NCBI RefSeq assembly: GCF_016432865.1
Contig: NC_067402.1
Span: 116,994,001 to 117,058,000 of the forward strand
From: Antechinus flavipes
Lineage: Eukaryota
Reading direction: 5' to 3'
DNA: 64,000 bases
Shown here one piece after another: positions 63,498-64,000 of this stretch (positions within the stretch are counted from its first letter, which is position 1; every line of letters starts with the position of its first letter). The notes under the pieces were generated by a model, which searched no databases, was not told where the DNA came from, and saw only the letters and a list, made by a program, of their open reading frames with translations. The position numbers and the translations under genes are program-made.

Positions 63498-64000
63498 TTA
63501 ATAACCATTCCTTTCTCAACTATTATGCACCTATAAAAAAGATCAGGCACTGGAGATAGAAAAATAGAAAACATATCAATCTTGAATCTTAAGGATTTAC
63601 AAACTAGTAGATGAATAAGATATAAACAAAAACTATAATGTGAATTAAATTGTAAGAAGTATATAGGACATGTTAAAGAGAGTAGAAAGCATGAAACATT
63701 CCTAATTGATAAAGGAAAACTTAAAGAAAGTGTTGGTCTATCATTGAAGGCTTGAAGGAAAATAGTTATAGTAAGCATTCCTTCCTTACTAGACACATTC
63801 CTTGTGGACAGCATGAATGTTAAGCATGGGAATGGCCCAGACCACTGAATAGATACTGGAAAGAGAAGATCAGGGAATTAGGACATTAACATTATGTATA
63901 ATTTTTATTTTTATTTAATTCTCATTTCTAGATACATTCTTTCCCCAGAACTCCTATCCCCACTTTTTTATTCTCAGTACCTTACAACATGTCTAGAAAT

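Larger units (their letters stand above)
20631..64000 (+). other. GRM8: GRM8 intron (5' part of a very large intron)
   Basis: The expected next exon ([25 protein letters not shown]...) was not found. From memory, this intron exceeds 100 kb in human. Confidence 0.85.

Noticed and set aside
1-64000. Predominantly antisense orientation of L1 fragments relative to GRM8
   Set aside because: A well-known intronic orientation bias; not novel.
1-64000. CRISPR arrays, operons, tRNA/rRNA genes
   Set aside because: This is eukaryotic intronic DNA; no regularly spaced repeat-spacer array was seen, and the tRNA-like motifs are SINE heads.

Overview
AT-rich, CpG-depleted mammalian genomic DNA with three N gaps. 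The repeat content (MAR1-like and WSINE1-like CORE-SINEs, abundant MIR/L2/L3, marsupial-type L1 ends) indicates a marsupial, probably an Australian dasyurid; this is inferred from remembered repeat consensuses, not from a search. The only protein-coding sequence is three consecutive + strand internal exons of GRM8 (metabotropic glutamate receptor 8) at 17242-17377, 17867-18021 and 20493-20630, and the rest is GRM8 intron. The standout feature is a 1062-bp element at 49480-50541 inside an L1. It has TG...CA ends, a perfect 6-bp target-site duplication (CTTTTG), and two ~390-bp, ~99% identical LTR 5' halves in INVERTED orientation around a 281-bp fragment of a class II (betaretrovirus-like) reverse transcriptase gene. 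It looks like an integrase-inserted provirus with two U3 ends, which would form a long hairpin in the GRM8 pre-mRNA. Two further inverted duplications of different ages lie within 5 kb upstream. Boundaries of old repeats are approximate (tens of bp), family names are from memory, and identities were counted or estimated by eye.
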